Positions 24,294 through 38,500 of a DNA stretch of 64,000 nt are shown piece after piece. Origin of the DNA: Fimbriosthenelais zetlandica (taxonomy: Eukaryota); assembly GCA_977030845.1 (NCBI GenBank), contig OZ365116.1, positions 18,352,001-18,416,000 of the forward strand, read 5' to 3'. The notes below the pieces were generated by a model. The model saw only the letters and a program-made list of their open reading frames with translations. It did not search any database and was not told where the DNA came from. The position numbers were made by a program, and so were the translations under genes. Each line of letters begins with the position of its first letter. Within the stretch, counting starts at the first letter, position 1.

Positions 24294-24720
24294 ATTACCT
24301 GTTCCAGTAATTAGGACATGTAATTAGAAAGTGAGAGCAGGTTCTAAAGGAAGTCAGATATATGGGACATCCGTTACAACTAGGGCATGGAAGAAAACCA
24401 CATATAACCGCATTTCGGTGGAAAATTGATTAAAGAAAGGGGTGTATTAAAGTGTTCCGGAAACCAGGGATTACCTATCCCAGTAATATGAAAGTGAAGT
24501 CAGAGATTTGGGGCGTTAAAACTAGGCCATGGAAGAATACTATCAATGCGTGAAATACACGCGTGAAATATCTCCATCAAAATTCTTACAATAGGCCATT
24601 CTTAAGGAAAGTACTGTGTAACCACATTTCCTGCGTAATATAACCGCATTTCGGTGGAGAATTGTTTGAGGAAAGGGGTGTATGAAAGTGTTCAGGAGAC
24701 ATGGGATTACCGAGATTAAT
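24294..24720. repeat. Degenerate tandem duplication: units at 24294-24469 and 24470-24705, with a third start at 24706
   Basis: Shared blocks ATTACCT..CCAGTAAT, GAAGTCAGA, CTAGG.CATGGAAGAA, ATAACCGCATTTCGGTGGA and GAAAGGGGTGTAT.AAAGTGTTC.GGA. The second unit carries an insertion. Confidence 0.75.
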
Positions 24721-25631
24721 AAAACCGCTTTTATATTGGACCACAATTGAAAATCTGAGTAGGGTCATTTTCAATCTTTTTTCATTCGATAGTGATTGTA
24801 AAAATTGGAAGTGGAGCAGAAAATATGAACCATTTTCAACACGAAAGGATGGCATTAAAGATGGAAGTGCCCTTGCTGCCACCGAGTGGAAAGTCATAGA
24901 ATTACTGCACCAAACCGATGACTAGCCTATAGGTTCCCACTACAGCAAAGCGACAGGGAAAAGCAATTTAGATTCTCTGGGATTTGAAGCCAATGCCTCT
25001 TGCACCAAAAAGATAAAGGGGATCATTGGGATAAAAACTGTATTAGGACAGTGCACTAAAAGACTCCAGAATGAAGTATATTGCATCTGAATTATCTGAC
25101 AATTTTGGCCCCTGGCATAGGACAGCAGAAGTTAGCAGCGCCACTGTGTTAACCTGGGGTAATACTTGTTGGTTTAGCCTGGGATGGGGACATTTTCCAC
25201 ACTACCAAAGAAAGGCATAGGAATATATTTTACCTGTAAGAGAGCTCGCATCTTCCAGCATATCCTTCATTGCTTTCGAATACCTACCTTAAGAAACTAC
25301 CATTCACGAAATAACCCAACAGTGATATTTTCTACACTAACAAAGCTTTTAGAATTTGATTCGCAGAATGATTGATCGAAAGGGAAAGCTATGAAGAAGA
25401 TTAATGCCTGTGCCAATACACAAGAAATGTGTCCTGTTTAAGATTATGGAACGAAATTACCCCCACCCACCACCCACCACCACCACACAGATGCACACGC
25501 ATGGAAATTACAAATTGATAAACAAGTACTTGTATTTATTTGTTCGTAGTACTAATATTATATTTTATGACACTGTAAAAACGAAATTTGCTGTGGATAA
25601 TTTAATGTGCAAGTGTCCAGACAGCACAAGA

Positions 25632-27257
25632 TCAGTGTTTCTGTGATTGCTTTGCATTCTTTTGACTCTGAAAGTTCCTTAAAAACTGCATCCAGCGAGC
25701 TTTCGTATGTTTCATTACCTCTGCATTATATGCTGCCATTTTATGGCTCACTTCAGCCAATCTAACGGATGAAAAGTCTCGCATTTTGAGGACCAAATCA
25801 TGGACACTGGAAAACTGTATTACATGTGGCCATGCATAAAAGTCCGCGAAATTAAACCAGAAGCCAACGCTGTCTTTCTTACGGACATCATTAGGATTAG
25901 GAATAGACAGCTTTCCTGGCATTGAGTGGAGACCGCTGGTGCTTATGTGGCGAGTAATGCGCTGCCAGTTCACATGGGTCAAGAGACCAAATGTAACCTG
26001 CCAATTAGTTAAAAGTTCCATGCTTGGCACAAACAGTGGGATGTTCATTCTGTATAACTCAGTCATTCGCAAAGATGCCACTTGGTAAGGCATTAACACT
26101 ATACCCGAATATTGAACCAGAGTCTCAGCTGCCTGGTCAAAGCGGTACTGGTTCATGGACGTTAAAATGGCTGTAGTATTCTCAATGCCAGAATATTTAT
26201 TGAATTCCTTCATGAAATTCTTCAAGAATGAGCCTTCGTAAAGTCTTATAGGCGAGAGTAAAAAGTGAGCAATGGTGTTGGGTTTGTAAGAATGTTTGAT
26301 GTAACCACAATATGGACGTAACAATGTGGAGCCTATGCCAGTGTAATATCTCATGTATTCTATGTCATACTGATTGGTAGCAGCCACTAGATTCTTAGGA
26401 TTCCTAGCGATCTGCACCAGGTTATTATTCCAGGTTTTCCATCTTTCCAGATCCCAGCGTCCAAATTCATAGCGCGTGTCAATGAGGATGATCATGTTCT
26501 TAACAAAGGGAGCATATAGTTCACACATAGCTGCAGGCCTGACACATAACACAATATCAGCTGAGCTGAATTCTGGGTCGCTTGTATGCGCTGATTGAAA
26601 TGATTCCGCAGTCTTCTGTGTTAAAAACAATCCAGAAAGAGCATCGATGCCACCGATATTCCTCGAACAAGTCTCAAAGACATTACAGCTTGGTGACAAA
26701 CTTTTATCAATGAATTTTACTCCCATGGGTTCGAGAAGAAACTTTAAATCTGCTATAGTCCCTGCACTGTAATCCATCGTCCAGATAGTCAGGTTGAAAT
26801 GCTCCTCGACGAACTTATCAGGTTCAGCACAAGTACTAGTTTTGTTCAGTCGGAAATGTTTGTCATGTGCACAACGGAGGACTTGCTGTGAATCAAATCG
26901 TCCATCGTCAGACATGAAATAGAGGGAAGTCTGCAACTCTACAGGTCTAATCCTAGGAGCAGAAGGGCGATGTATTCTTTTCTGAAACTTTGGGTCGACT
27001 TCGATTTCTTCCACACCATTTGCTACAGTATCATCAATGGAAAACTTAAACTTCTCATATGCTTCCGCAGCCTGCGCTTTAAAATAATCTGTGCTGAGTC
27101 GGAATTTGTGGAGTTGTCTCCCTCTATAGTGTTTGCTATAGGTTTCTACAGCAAGATGTTTGTCATTTGGGGTTTGAACAAATAGTTTAAACACAAGGCA
27201 AATGCCAAGAACAGTGAAGAATGGAATCCGGATATATTTCCACTGTGGCCTATACAT
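25632..27257 (-). CDS. Uncharacterised type II membrane protein, putative glycosyltransferase (GT-B-like), 541 aa, intronless
   Basis: Long ORF with a short N-tail, one TM helix (IPFFTVLGICLVFKLFV), a stem and a large lumenal domain. The motifs FIDKSLS..C, TRYEFGR, LMPYQV, YRMNIPLFVPS and FADFYAWPH recall an uncharacterised family. The enzyme assignment is inferred. Confidence 0.7.
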   Translation of the reverse strand: MYRPQWKYIRIPFFTVLGICLVFKLFVQTPNDKHLAVETYSKHYRGRQLHKFRLSTDYFKAQAAEAYEKFKFSIDDTVANGVEEIEVDPKFQKRIHRPSAPRIRPVELQTSLYFMSDDGRFDSQQVLRCAHDKHFRLNKTSTCAEPDKFVEEHFNLTIWTMDYSAGTIADLKFLLEPMGVKFIDKSLSPSCNVFETCSRNIGGIDALSGLFLTQKTAESFQSAHTSDPEFSSADIVLCVRPAAMCELYAPFVKNMIILIDTRYEFGRWDLERWKTWNNNLVQIARNPKNLVAATNQYDIEYMRYYTGIGSTLLRPYCGYIKHSYKPNTIAHFLLSPIRLYEGSFLKNFMKEFNKYSGIENTTAILTSMNQYRFDQAAETLVQYSGIVLMPYQVASLRMTELYRMNIPLFVPSMELLTNWQVTFGLLTHVNWQRITRHISTSGLHSMPGKLSIPNPNDVRKKDSVGFWFNFADFYAWPHVIQFSSVHDLVLKMRDFSSVRLAEVSHKMAAYNAEVMKHTKARWMQFLRNFQSQKNAKQSQKH

Positions 27258-30200
27258 GATGCTTTCAGAAAAGATATCTGCAAGATTAATGTGTGTAATA
27301 AATGTTCAAACACATTTCTTCACCCTTATTGCTACGCACTGACCTGTCTCAAACTGAAGTCCTTTGCATGCAGCCATGATGACAAGTATGTGATGTATTT
27401 TCTTGAAGTCTGATATGGGCTGAGAAATTAAGACCCTGATGTTCTATAATTTTTGTGGCAACACGCTGGGAAGCTTTTGTGGTCCATATCAATCAGATTC
27501 CCTTTCTGCTCAAAAATCTGCAAGGAGGAAATAAAAGTATTGGTTATTGAAATGGCTGGGTGTCATTTACCGAGTTTCAACACTATGGAAGACGATAGGA
27601 TTGCATATAAATGGTTTTCCTGCCTGTCACTCAACCCAGCAACGGGACAAATGACATTGAATGGAGGGTGTGAAAATTGCCAATATAAGAAATATTTGCA
27701 ACAGTAGATTTCCGTTAATGATGCAACACAAGGATTACATGGGGAAAACCTCAGCGAAATCCAACTCCCAAATGGCAGGTCAAGATCCATTTGCAAATTA
27801 CCAAAGCAGAAAGAAGTCTAAACTCAGGCGTTTTGCTTCCACGACTGAAATGACATTAATATGTTAACTCAACAAAGCTTGAGCACACTAAATATGTGAC
27901 ATAAGTATTAGTCCTCAGACATACTTCCATCTTGCTGCATCTATGATGCATCCATGGCCATACTTTCCTACAGAACTTATGCTCAGTGATATTGTTTCCC
28001 TTCACATCCAACCTATTCGATACTCAATCAAGGGATTGATGTACACGAGGTACGTAGACACAATCACATCGCACACGTCCTGTGTCATGCACAGTAATGA
28101 CAGAATTCGGGCAAACTTCATTTAACTAGCCACATTAATTACCTATCTGAGTGCATTTTCATTTTACCCAATCCCAAACACTTTAATTTGGCCAATTCAC
28201 CTGGGTGTAATTTATTGCTTTGTTATGGGTAGAAGGTTGCCAAGGTAACGGTTTGTAATAATAGTTTTATAATGGATTGTCATGAGGTATTGGTGGGCTG
28301 CTGGGGCAGCATTGCACGTTATGTGTGAGGCACGTTATTACACGCCATTACCTGCTGGCATCCTCTCAATTATTGATAGCTGGGTTCACACAGGAAAATC
28401 CTGTAATAAAGCATGGAACAGATTCTAGTTTACCACCCTAAAAAAGATGTCAAAAGTCAAATCTTCTAATTTACTTTATAGCCTACCTTAATTTCAATTT
28501 TAAAAGTTATAAATGTTGAATCAAAGTATGCAAATTGCAGGATGTGAAAATAAGTCTCGCCAAGATAAGTTGTACAGTACCGCCTTTTTGCGTAGATTGA
28601 ATATATTAATTCCATTGGAAATATTCAATCCTGCTTGTAGGTAAGAGAATGAGCAGCGTGATTAAATCTTTACGCTGCCAATCAATAGTGAGGTAGAAAA
28701 ACCCTCCGTTCATAAATAATGGAATCCCGTCTACACAAGACGTCAAGCCATTTGGAGTGTTGATCAATCAAGCCCAGTATCAACCTACATCATTTAGCAA
28801 TTTGTAAATAATGTTCTTTATATGTCCCAAGTAAAATATGTCCGTGTAATTTCACTGACGGTTTATTACACTAACACATATATGACAGGTAAAATTAACG
28901 ATAGACAGGGAAGTGCAATTGGAGCGTGAGACTTAAATTATTGGATCTATCCATGAAACGTCCCTCTATAATCCGTGACTTGTGAATGTCTCCACGGGAG
29001 ACAAAGGAAAAAATAGAGAGAAGGAAACACAGTATAGGAATTCCGATGGAAAGTAGAAAGAGGAGTGTATGTTGCTCCAGAGGTTTCACTTACATCCTGG
29101 AATGCCTTTCCCATTGACCAATCTTCAGTAAGAAACATCCCAGTCCTCAGTATGCAGGTAAAGCTATTAAAAAATGAGCTTAAAGCTTGCAAATCGAGGC
29201 CACGGCACAGTTATAGTAGCACTTCTCAAACCTGTTTGATATGCCATCATTTGGAGCTGTCCTCAAAGCTCTGGGCTGAAAAACCAGTGGATATTCTTAC
29301 TTGTTGTCTGGTTTCCAAGTACATTATAACATTGCCTTTTAGTTTTCCCTGTTAGATCTAAAGAAGACTGATCATAGAAGCTTGGACCTTTGAACTGTTG
29401 GCACGTAAGTCTGACTGCACTTAAGGTAAAAGGCCTTAGTTTATATAGCTTCCTCCATGACCCTCATAGCCAATGCTTGAAACAAAAAACTTCAGCCACT
29501 TGTTATGGTTCGATCCACACAGATTGTGTTATGTTTGCATGTATAACAAGTTCTCCTCTTGATGAACATAACGGTAAACTTAAGGGCTGGAGACACATCT
29601 GATGCCCACACACGAATTCCTTAACTAGTGTGCCTGTAACAATTGTATGCCTCTTTAAAATCTGATAGTGTTATCACAATTAAGGCTACAAGAAATCTGC
29701 ACAAAATCTGATTAGGCACCTCGTCATTCAGGCTTCCTACTACCAGAATGATAGAATGATCACTTGAGTAAGTGAGTGAACTCTACCCTTAAGTCAAAGC
29801 TTGGTCAGTGAAGGCCATATACAATGTACTGCCATGTAACTTGGCAGCATCCCAGCAGTGAAGGCTGGGGAAAATGCCACTTCAACTCTAGACATTGCAA
29901 GTCCAAACATATAGAACCAATTTGTGATTTAGTTTCACTGTCTCATTATCGATTAAGTCCATGAAAGGTTCCATAATAATATATCAGTAGATATTCGGGT
30001 GTCAAGCTCATCCTAATCTGCCCTGACTTATAGCCTATTTGGTAGCCTGACAGAAGTCCTTATAAATCACCAATGTAACAATGATGAATAATGAAGAGAC
30101 ACTAATGGACCGGTGAATCCTTCTATAAAAATGGGACGGTTGAACAAACACCTTTGGACCTAGTTCTTATTAAAATTTGAATACGCAGCTCTTGATGTTG

Positions 30201-32176
30201 CTATCAGCCTTTTCACAGGTTGTTTTAGTTATAAAAGATTCTCTTTCAAGTCTTGGAAGACACATAAAAATCAGACTATAGGTTTTGTCGGTGCAACCAA
30301 ACACCCTAAGCAATCTTACATAATTTAAATAGTCAATTTACAGGGATCAAATGTATATGTGTGCAGACATAAGCACCTATGGATGGGAAGCAAATATGTC
30401 AAGGAGTCTGGATTCATCCAATACTCACTTGGGCTCAGTCTTGTTCCTCCACCGCATATGTATGTCCCATGTGGTTGTAACATGGTAAGTGTGCTCATTT
30501 AACTTTACTCCTGTTTTTATAATGTTATATGGCTAGCCAGCTGTTGGAAAGTTGCCAGCTGTATTCACAAATCTCTCTCCCCCCCCCCCTCCCTACATGC
30601 TTCGATGGTGGATCAGCAGTAGAGAAAGTTGTAAGCTTTCAAATGGGTCAGTGGTATAATTGGTGGTGTGTGCAATATGCCTGGCAGCAAAGTGGGTGAC
30701 TAAACCTCCCTCCCCCGTTTTCATATATCATCTTTATCTATAAATCAACATGCCTAAGTAATCATGCTTTATAGTTCATACCACCCCTGCCCCCCACTGA
30801 AAGATTCAAAACATACACCCATTACATCATCAGCTCTTCTCCCCGGTACCAAGTTATACCATGACATGGATGGAATCTGGGTTTATTAACCATCAAGGGA
30901 CCATCATTAATGGGACAGTACAGAATTTAGTTCAGTTAAATTGGTGAATGATTATTTCAAAAAATTAGAATTTTACTTTTCCAGATGTGAAATGGAAACC
31001 ACACAAAGCAAGATAAGTGATTGCCTCTCTGGCGACCAGATGTGCATTGGGGAAATTAATATAAGAAAGACTCGAGCCACATGCAAAACAATGACCCCCC
31101 TTGCAGGAGACGACCATTAATACTGAGTGTGCCTCTGGTTTTCAGCATGATCGTGCATGGCGTTACATATACATGGAGTGAAGATGGCTGAGATAGGCGC
31201 AGCTGGCTGCTGTACCCTCATATCATCTAAACATAATGACCTTTGCATGCAGAAAGTCATTATGTTCAGAGGTACTTCCATATGCAGGTCTTGTCCTAAC
31301 ACATGTAAGGTACAGTATACATGTATCCAACGAATATATCACAAAACCAGTATTTGTCCTGCTCTAATTTCCCCTTCGTCTACATTTTATGCAGAAAAGA
31401 ATACCTTAGGCCATCTGAACATTATATGCATCATATGGAGGTATATTATTGGAAAGTTTAATCATTAATTAGTGTAGACCGCCTATAGGTAAGTTTAAGT
31501 ACCACATCATCCAAGATCATTAACTAATTATAACGAGTACACTTGTGACGATAACATCAAGTGTAAAATATTAAGTACATGTAGATTCAATAATCAATCT
31601 TTTCTACTACAGATGAATAGGTAAGACTGTTAAACACATATTTGCTCCTGCAGAAGGTTCTGATTTGAAGTGAGTGTAGCAACAATTAATTACCCAGTAA
31701 GTGGATGTGAGAGAGTAATTAGTAATCACCATAAGACATAAGACAAATCCACAGGTCAGCCTCACATGTGGGGATCCCAGTGACCTTGGCAAATGTAGAG
31801 TAAATGTGATACATTGCTTTTTGCAAAGGAATGCTGTCATACCCGTCTATGCAAAAATAGACCATCCACGCTCCAATAAGTTGTCAACTGGTTTGCCTCA
31901 AGATAAAAGGCTAATAAACAGTGAAATATAAAGTTTAAGGAGGGCATATATTCACTGAAAACTAGCTTAGATATTTTGGATTCCGCTCAAGCAGAATAAA
32001 GAATACAACTCACAAACGAATATAATGAAAAGATCTTGCACTTCAAGATTCAGACTGTCATAATCAATCTAAATTCCCGGATCATATCAAAGATACATTA
32101 TAAACCAAATAATCCAAAATTCAGAACAACTATAAAATACCTGCTTCATGTTATACCTCACCTTCGGGAAGGATAA

Positions 32177-32220
32177 TTGTGGACGATATTTTGGTAGATT
32201 GTGGACGATATGTTGGTAGA
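32177..32220. repeat. Two-copy 22-bp tandem duplication TTGTGGACGATAT(T/G)TTGGTAGA
   Basis: Read directly; one mismatch. Confidence 0.85.
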
Positions 32221-35200
32221 TGGAAGTTGGGATGGCCAGGTTGTCGCTACCGGCAGTGTTCTATACAGTTATAGGGAGAGTCAGTAAAAACTTCACACAT
32301 ATACCACTATAGCCCTTACCTTCACTAGAAATCTGGCGTGATTGCCAGCCCTACAAACCTAGTGCTTTCTATGTCTATATGTGCAAGCTTTCCCTGGCAC
32401 ATCCATAAGTAAATAATGCTCTAAATCCAGGGTGAATGCATGACAGTGACCGCGAAGGGGGAGGAGATGCCTGCTGATGGCAGGTATACCACCGACTACA
32501 CTGAGACATGTAAGGGACTGCAGCTATTAGGTATTCAATCAACTGAATAGAAACACTTGAACCTTGGAGTGATCTTGTCAGGCGTGACGTTTGGTCATGT
32601 GGTTCTTGTAGTTGTATAAATTATTAAGCAGCATAATCTGAATCTTTCTTGTTATTTTCATATCACAAGTTTCATTTGAAGCTCTGCTGACCATATTCAG
32701 GAGAAACTGGGATCTGGGGCCTATTTTAAAAGAAAAATTAGCAATGCTATAAATCTATGACTCATTTTTGTATTGAAATGGGCTGGCTCCTGGGTTCAGA
32801 TTGTGTTTCATCATCAAATCTGTGGAGATTTCAGAAGGAATTCTTGAGTAGTTCTGTTATATTATTAAATGTGAAACACATGGAAACGACATTATGTGCA
32901 ATATCTATATCACTTTACGAGGTGAAGCAAAGGGCAGAACAAATAAAAAAGAAATGTATCAATCATTTTCCATGAAGTATGAAATTTGCATCATATTGTC
33001 TAGAATTACATGTGTATTCGGATTGTGTCTGAGAGTAAGATATAACTTTTTTTACGCCCATACAGTGTACATTGTTTATATGGTTCATAAATCCAAAATA
33101 TTTACTTAAGATGAATTAATGTATATTAAATTCAATATGAACGATCCCTTTATGTAGAGAGTGTGATATGAGAGAGGCAGGTTTGCCAGCAGTATATGGT
33201 CGGTGTGAGTGAGCTTATTATAATGATATCAGGTGCAGTGGGGAGCAACTCGAGTTATCCGCAGAGGCGAGGTTATGAGTGAAACCAAATCCATTAATGG
33301 CCCCGGCCTGGCGGTGGTTGGCCATTGCCAGTGTCAACTGTCCGATGTGGACGTCAGTAGGGAGGGCGTCATCATACTCCATGTCACTGACGGGAACACT
33401 CCTCTCATCTTTTGCACGTATTGAAGACATGCCTCATAAGGAATTAGTAAATAACTGCTTAGAGTATAGCAGGAACCGATCAAGGCGGGGGTGGTGGGGG
33501 CTGGAATATCGTCGAATTTAGGCAAAAATAGAACAAAACAGCAAAGAAGTCCTTATAGTTCTAGTACAATAATTATATTAGATACAGGCGACCCACCTCA
33601 CATTATGGGTGGCATGGTTATGCTGTCAGACCTGAATTGATAATTATGGAATGACCCAATTGATACAGAAGCAGATAACCGCCATACAAATAATTAGTCC
33701 TCAACCATAATAGGATGCTTACTGTTGTACCTCAGTAAAGAGGAGTAGCCCCACAAGCCACCCTGGGTATCTGACACACCTTGCCATCTGACATCGATAT
33801 CAGAGTCGTTCTGATGACAGCCATGCAGAGAGGAAGACAGATACTGGTTATTTGTATGGCATGGAGAATGGAATATGGGAGAGAACTAGAAGATTCAGTG
33901 ACCAGATGTCTCCTAGCTGGCCCTGAACGATCACCTTCCACAGATAGGAAATATATGCCTGTCTGTATACAGGGAATTGCTCGATCATCTTTTTGTATTT
34001 TCTTGACCATAAATTTTAAGATGTGAGAAACTTCCATCAAGTTAAAACAGGGAACTATAGCAAACGGTCCAAATTGTTTAGGCAAAGGGGTACAGGACAA
34101 TATAATTGAGATTTCTTGTGAGGAAACAAGCATAGGCTGGCATAAAACCCACAGTACATAACAGCTATTCTGCCCTTGTCCCTTGTAGTCACAGAGACTA
34201 TTGCGCCCTCTATATTCTTCTGCAGAACTTATATGAGACTGCCACATATAGGTTCAGTTACTACTCCCAGAATGAGATAGAGAGCGAATTGAATAGTTCA
34301 AAAATCTCTTAGACAATATAAAATTAGGTCTGTCATCTGATACAATTAATGTCAGTATGTAGGTTACTTCATCGTACTTACGAGGAATGCCCGCAAGTCC
34401 CAAAAGTGAGGACAGAAATGAAATACTCTGGTGTAAGAAGAGTTCCCGTAACACTCACATGGGCGCACCACCATCGAGTTAACTGGGACCTGAGAGTCCA
34501 AGACATGAAGGCCTTCAGGTTACGCGTGGTGCTACCCGCACAAACATGGCCTCCATCATCGTAGGAAGGTAAGACAACTTTTTGCAACACAGAAACTTTT
34601 TTGTCCTTACAAAATCAGCATACAGGAAAGCAGGTAGGGCACACAGGGATAGAGGTCTCACTTTGAAACACTATTCCCTTATAAACTAAGGGGAATCGAG
34701 TAGATCCAGTACTACTGATGGGGTGAACATCACCAAGTCATTTTATATTCACGAGATGAGGGAGATAACATCTGTACTTCGTTCACATATGATCATATTC
34801 ATAAAATGGTTAATACCTAGTCCGAATATCAGATGATCAGGTATTCTTAAATTACAAGCGATGCGATGAATCACATTTTAGACTACATCGTTTCAATGAG
34901 AGAAGAGATAAAAACATGAGGATTGGTAAAGGGAAGTCATGAGAGGTGTTCATTTATCATTTGCTGATGAGTTAACATTCCATTTCTTTGACAAAGCATA
35001 TCGCATATCAGAATTTTGAAAAAACTTACATATCAAGCAACGTTTTGGGGGGATCGAGCTTTACATTCCATGTTCTCTCCCATAAAAAAGAAATATTTCC
35101 TTAATTTGTAACTTCACACTGAAAATGGGAGACGATGCTGTTTTTGAGGTTTAAAAAAAAGTTTTGCGGACTTTTAAGCGAAGAATGAATAACAATGAGT

Positions 35201-35390
35201 AAGGTTGGTGGATTTTCTCGTTCACTGAGTTCAAGGAGACCAATAGGGCCCTATGTGTAAGTGATAGGTAGATTGACATGGTTGCTACAACTACCGATAA
35301 AGGAATTCGCTGTTGGTGAACTAAACTAAAGCCCCCTTCTGCATAATGATAATGTAGACAACCCATCCTCTGCCAGCAAATGTCTCAAAA

Positions 35391-35472
35391 CCACGCCCAC
35401 TTTTCCTTTTTTTATTGGCTGCATAAAAGCACTGGCAAGTGCGCAGGCGCAGGAGGTAATCCAATATGGCGG
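35391..35472 (+). promoter_or_regulatory. SOBP proximal promoter
   Basis: About 100-180 bp upstream of the ATG: KLF/SP CCACGCCC (35391), ATTGG (35414), NRF1-type TGCGCAGGCGCA (35440-35451), CCAAT (35461) and YY1-type AATATGGCGG (35463-35472). Confidence 0.7.
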
Positions 35473-35571
35473 ATCATGTAGCAGCCGGGAGCTCGACTTA
35501 CATGTCAATACGGTCGGTATTTCTCATATTCGAGCGGAGTAGCTGAGAAGGCAGGCAGTTTAAGCCTGGCC

Positions 35572-38500
35572 ATGGAGCCGAACGGTGGTGGCAAGGAAAG
35601 TAAGGAGGTAACACCATCAAATGGGAATGTTAAAGTCAAAGAGGAACCACGAGAGGAGCCCCCACCTGCACCAAAGGTACGTCCCATAGTGTTTGTCACT
35701 GTTTTGTCGTCTGCCACTGTGATGACGTTTAGAACAGCGTCTCGCTGCCACATGGTCTGGGAGCGTCTGCTATAGCTAACGGGCAAATGTTGGCGGGAAG
35801 GAGAGAGGCAGACGTGGTGGTGGAGGCGTCGTCAGATAGGGGATGGGATGTGGAGAGAGGGAGAGAGCAGGGTGAAGGTAAGAGAGGGAGAAGAGCGAGA
35901 GAGGTGCAGAAAGGCAAGAACTGTAGGTGTAGGAGGAGGAGATTTACTGGTATCTGTTTATAAACTCTCATGGAATACATCCACGGATTTCCTCCCACCT
36001 TGGACTGGTAAACCACAATACAACTTACTAAGAGAACCATTCCCTCATTAAGTGACTTTGTAATGCCAATGTATCTATCAAGTTCATCCACATCAATTCA
36101 GATCTCGAGGTTCTGATTTAGCGATTCATAGGGCTGCGATTTACTCATTTGGCTAATCCTTCACTCTTGTTTATACTTTTGGATGCCATTAATTTACTCA
36201 TCAAAACATCTTGATCACAAGAAATTGAGTTTAACCTTAGTGTGATTTCAAACCAATCAATGAAAAATAGATGTCAAAATCACTTTTCCCTACCAAGCTT
36301 AGGAGCACCCTTCACTATCAAGTTAGTTTCATGGTGCAGCTATTTAAGAGTTGAAAGAGACCTGTGTTCGGGGGATAGGATGGTTCTGTTCCCCGTGTCT
36401 ATGTCCCGCTGTACATGGAGAGTATAGACTTTCAAGCTAAACAGATCGATCATTCCCTGACGAAGGGGTACATCTACTTACACAGTCCTAACCTTGTGCC
36501 TTCAATCATTAGAGTCAACTTAGAATATAATGCTTCGTATTCAATACTAAAAAATGGAATTTGGGGGTACACAAAACCAGTGCTAAGTAGGATGTTTTAA
36601 CTATCATAGTAATGTATTTGGGCATCTTAGATCAATGTAAATGTTGAAAGACCTTATGAGCACAATGCTAGAGGCCTAAAGCAGTGAACCTCTCTTGTCA
36701 ATCGTTTGCTGAAACGGTGCGTATCGACCCCTCAATGAAATACATACAAAGCACATAATAAATGTTAATCGATGTTAAATTGAAGAAAACACAATCCAGC
36801 TCCCGAAAAAAAATCAGTCAAGCGTGATCCAACATCCTTGTACCCATGTATTCAGTTCCAGGGATGAAAGGAAATCGAACAGGATTTTCTAAACAAGGTC
36901 TTGTAGCAACTACATGTTTACAATAAGGTATTGTGTAGTAACAATCAGGAAATACAACAAACTTCAAGAGTTGTATGTTCACTACTGTAGTTGGCATTTT
37001 AATCTGGTCCATCCGGGAGTGAAGGTGCCTGGAATTCTTATGTTAGAACCAGGGGCGGAGATACAGGAAGGATAGACCATTTTTTTACCATCAGAAAACT
37101 GATCTTCATGATCGTTATCCACTAAAAAGTTTTAGATTGACAGTCTGCTTACTATTATATAAAAAAAAACCCTCACAATAGGCTTTAGAGTCTAGCGTAG
37201 GTGAATTTCAGGCCAGAAGCGTGAGTTTTTATGATGTCCTCGCTTATAAAATGCGTGAACTCAAAAATGTGCATAAACTAATATAATAAACTACCTTCAC
37301 TATGGTAACTATAACACATAATGGGGAAGCAGATTTTTTCCCTTCTGACGATTATCATCTCTGATTGACCATCAATAATAATTGATCTGCCCTTACAGGA
37401 ATTCATATCAATCTCTTGTCCTTTCAGGCACCTGAAGGGGACCAAGCCGCACTTTCTGTAAGTTAATTAAAATTTGATTCCTCAAAAACACACTTATTTT
37501 ACTTTTTCAATCCTTATTTTGGTTCGCCTCAAATTTCTTTCCATTACTATGCTTTCATTCCATGTTATAGGATAATAGGAACATTCAAGTGTAGCGTTGC
37601 ATGCCTAGTTCCTCTGTATAGATATTATATGAAGGTGAACATATGCAGGTGAAAGTAACATAATAACTCAGTATGTATGTAACCCTAAGCATATTCAACC
37701 AATATAGCTTACTGTCTAATAGGGCTGTGACACAAAAAGGAGGACAAGGTGTCAATCTACTGATATCTTAAGAATTCTTGTATGTGGGAAGGAAATTCCG
37801 CACATACAGAAACCTTGCAATAGTTTCTGCCTTGGCTAAACATACGTCATTAGCAAAAATTCATTATTCCAATTCATGCCTAGCATGCTTTAGATAATGG
37901 TAATTCCTTTAAGCTTGAGGGATCTCTACAAGACAAGATTTTCCAATGTTTTAGTGGTATCCAAATCTGACTGAAATGCACCCAAATGGAATGGGCACTT
38001 GGGCACATGCTATAAGTTCTTGAAGGCTCAAGATTTACAATGTGTAGTGCCAGATTTCCAGTGGAAACCCCCATCTCTGCTCGAGTAGATGATACGAGGA
38101 ATGCCAGCAAGCAGAAATGGTTGAAAAGAAAGAAAAAAGCGTTTGAGAACTTTTTTTCTCTTCAGGCACCCGAGAAAACCCTCCATGAATCACTGCACGG
38201 TGACTGTGTGTATGGGTGCTGGTAGGTGGGGGAGAAGATGATGGTGAAACTCAGTATGTACTGGCTACCATATACCAGGCTAACAAACCCACACTACCCT
38301 CTCATATATGGTTTCTCTCGCTCTTTTCCAACTGCCAAAGTAAATTTTAACCCACTTCATATTCAAATCAGAGACAATTCCATGGAAGAGTTCATGTCAT
38401 ATGAAATTATCACCCAGTTGATGCGTAAGCATCGAACTTATGACATTCCAAAAATCTAATAATCTAAGTTCTTTGTGCTCATAAAGGGTCAATTAACCTA

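Noticed and set aside
33732-34247. 171-aa minus-strand ORF upstream of SOBP
   Set aside because: No domain signature, atypical composition, and no supporting exons.
35729-36091. 120-aa ORF in a GA-rich stretch
   Set aside because: Produced by purine-rich low complexity at the start of SOBP intron 1.
37050-37068. CAGGGGCGGAG... resembling a common MITE terminus
   Set aside because: No matching inverted end or target-site duplication found nearby.
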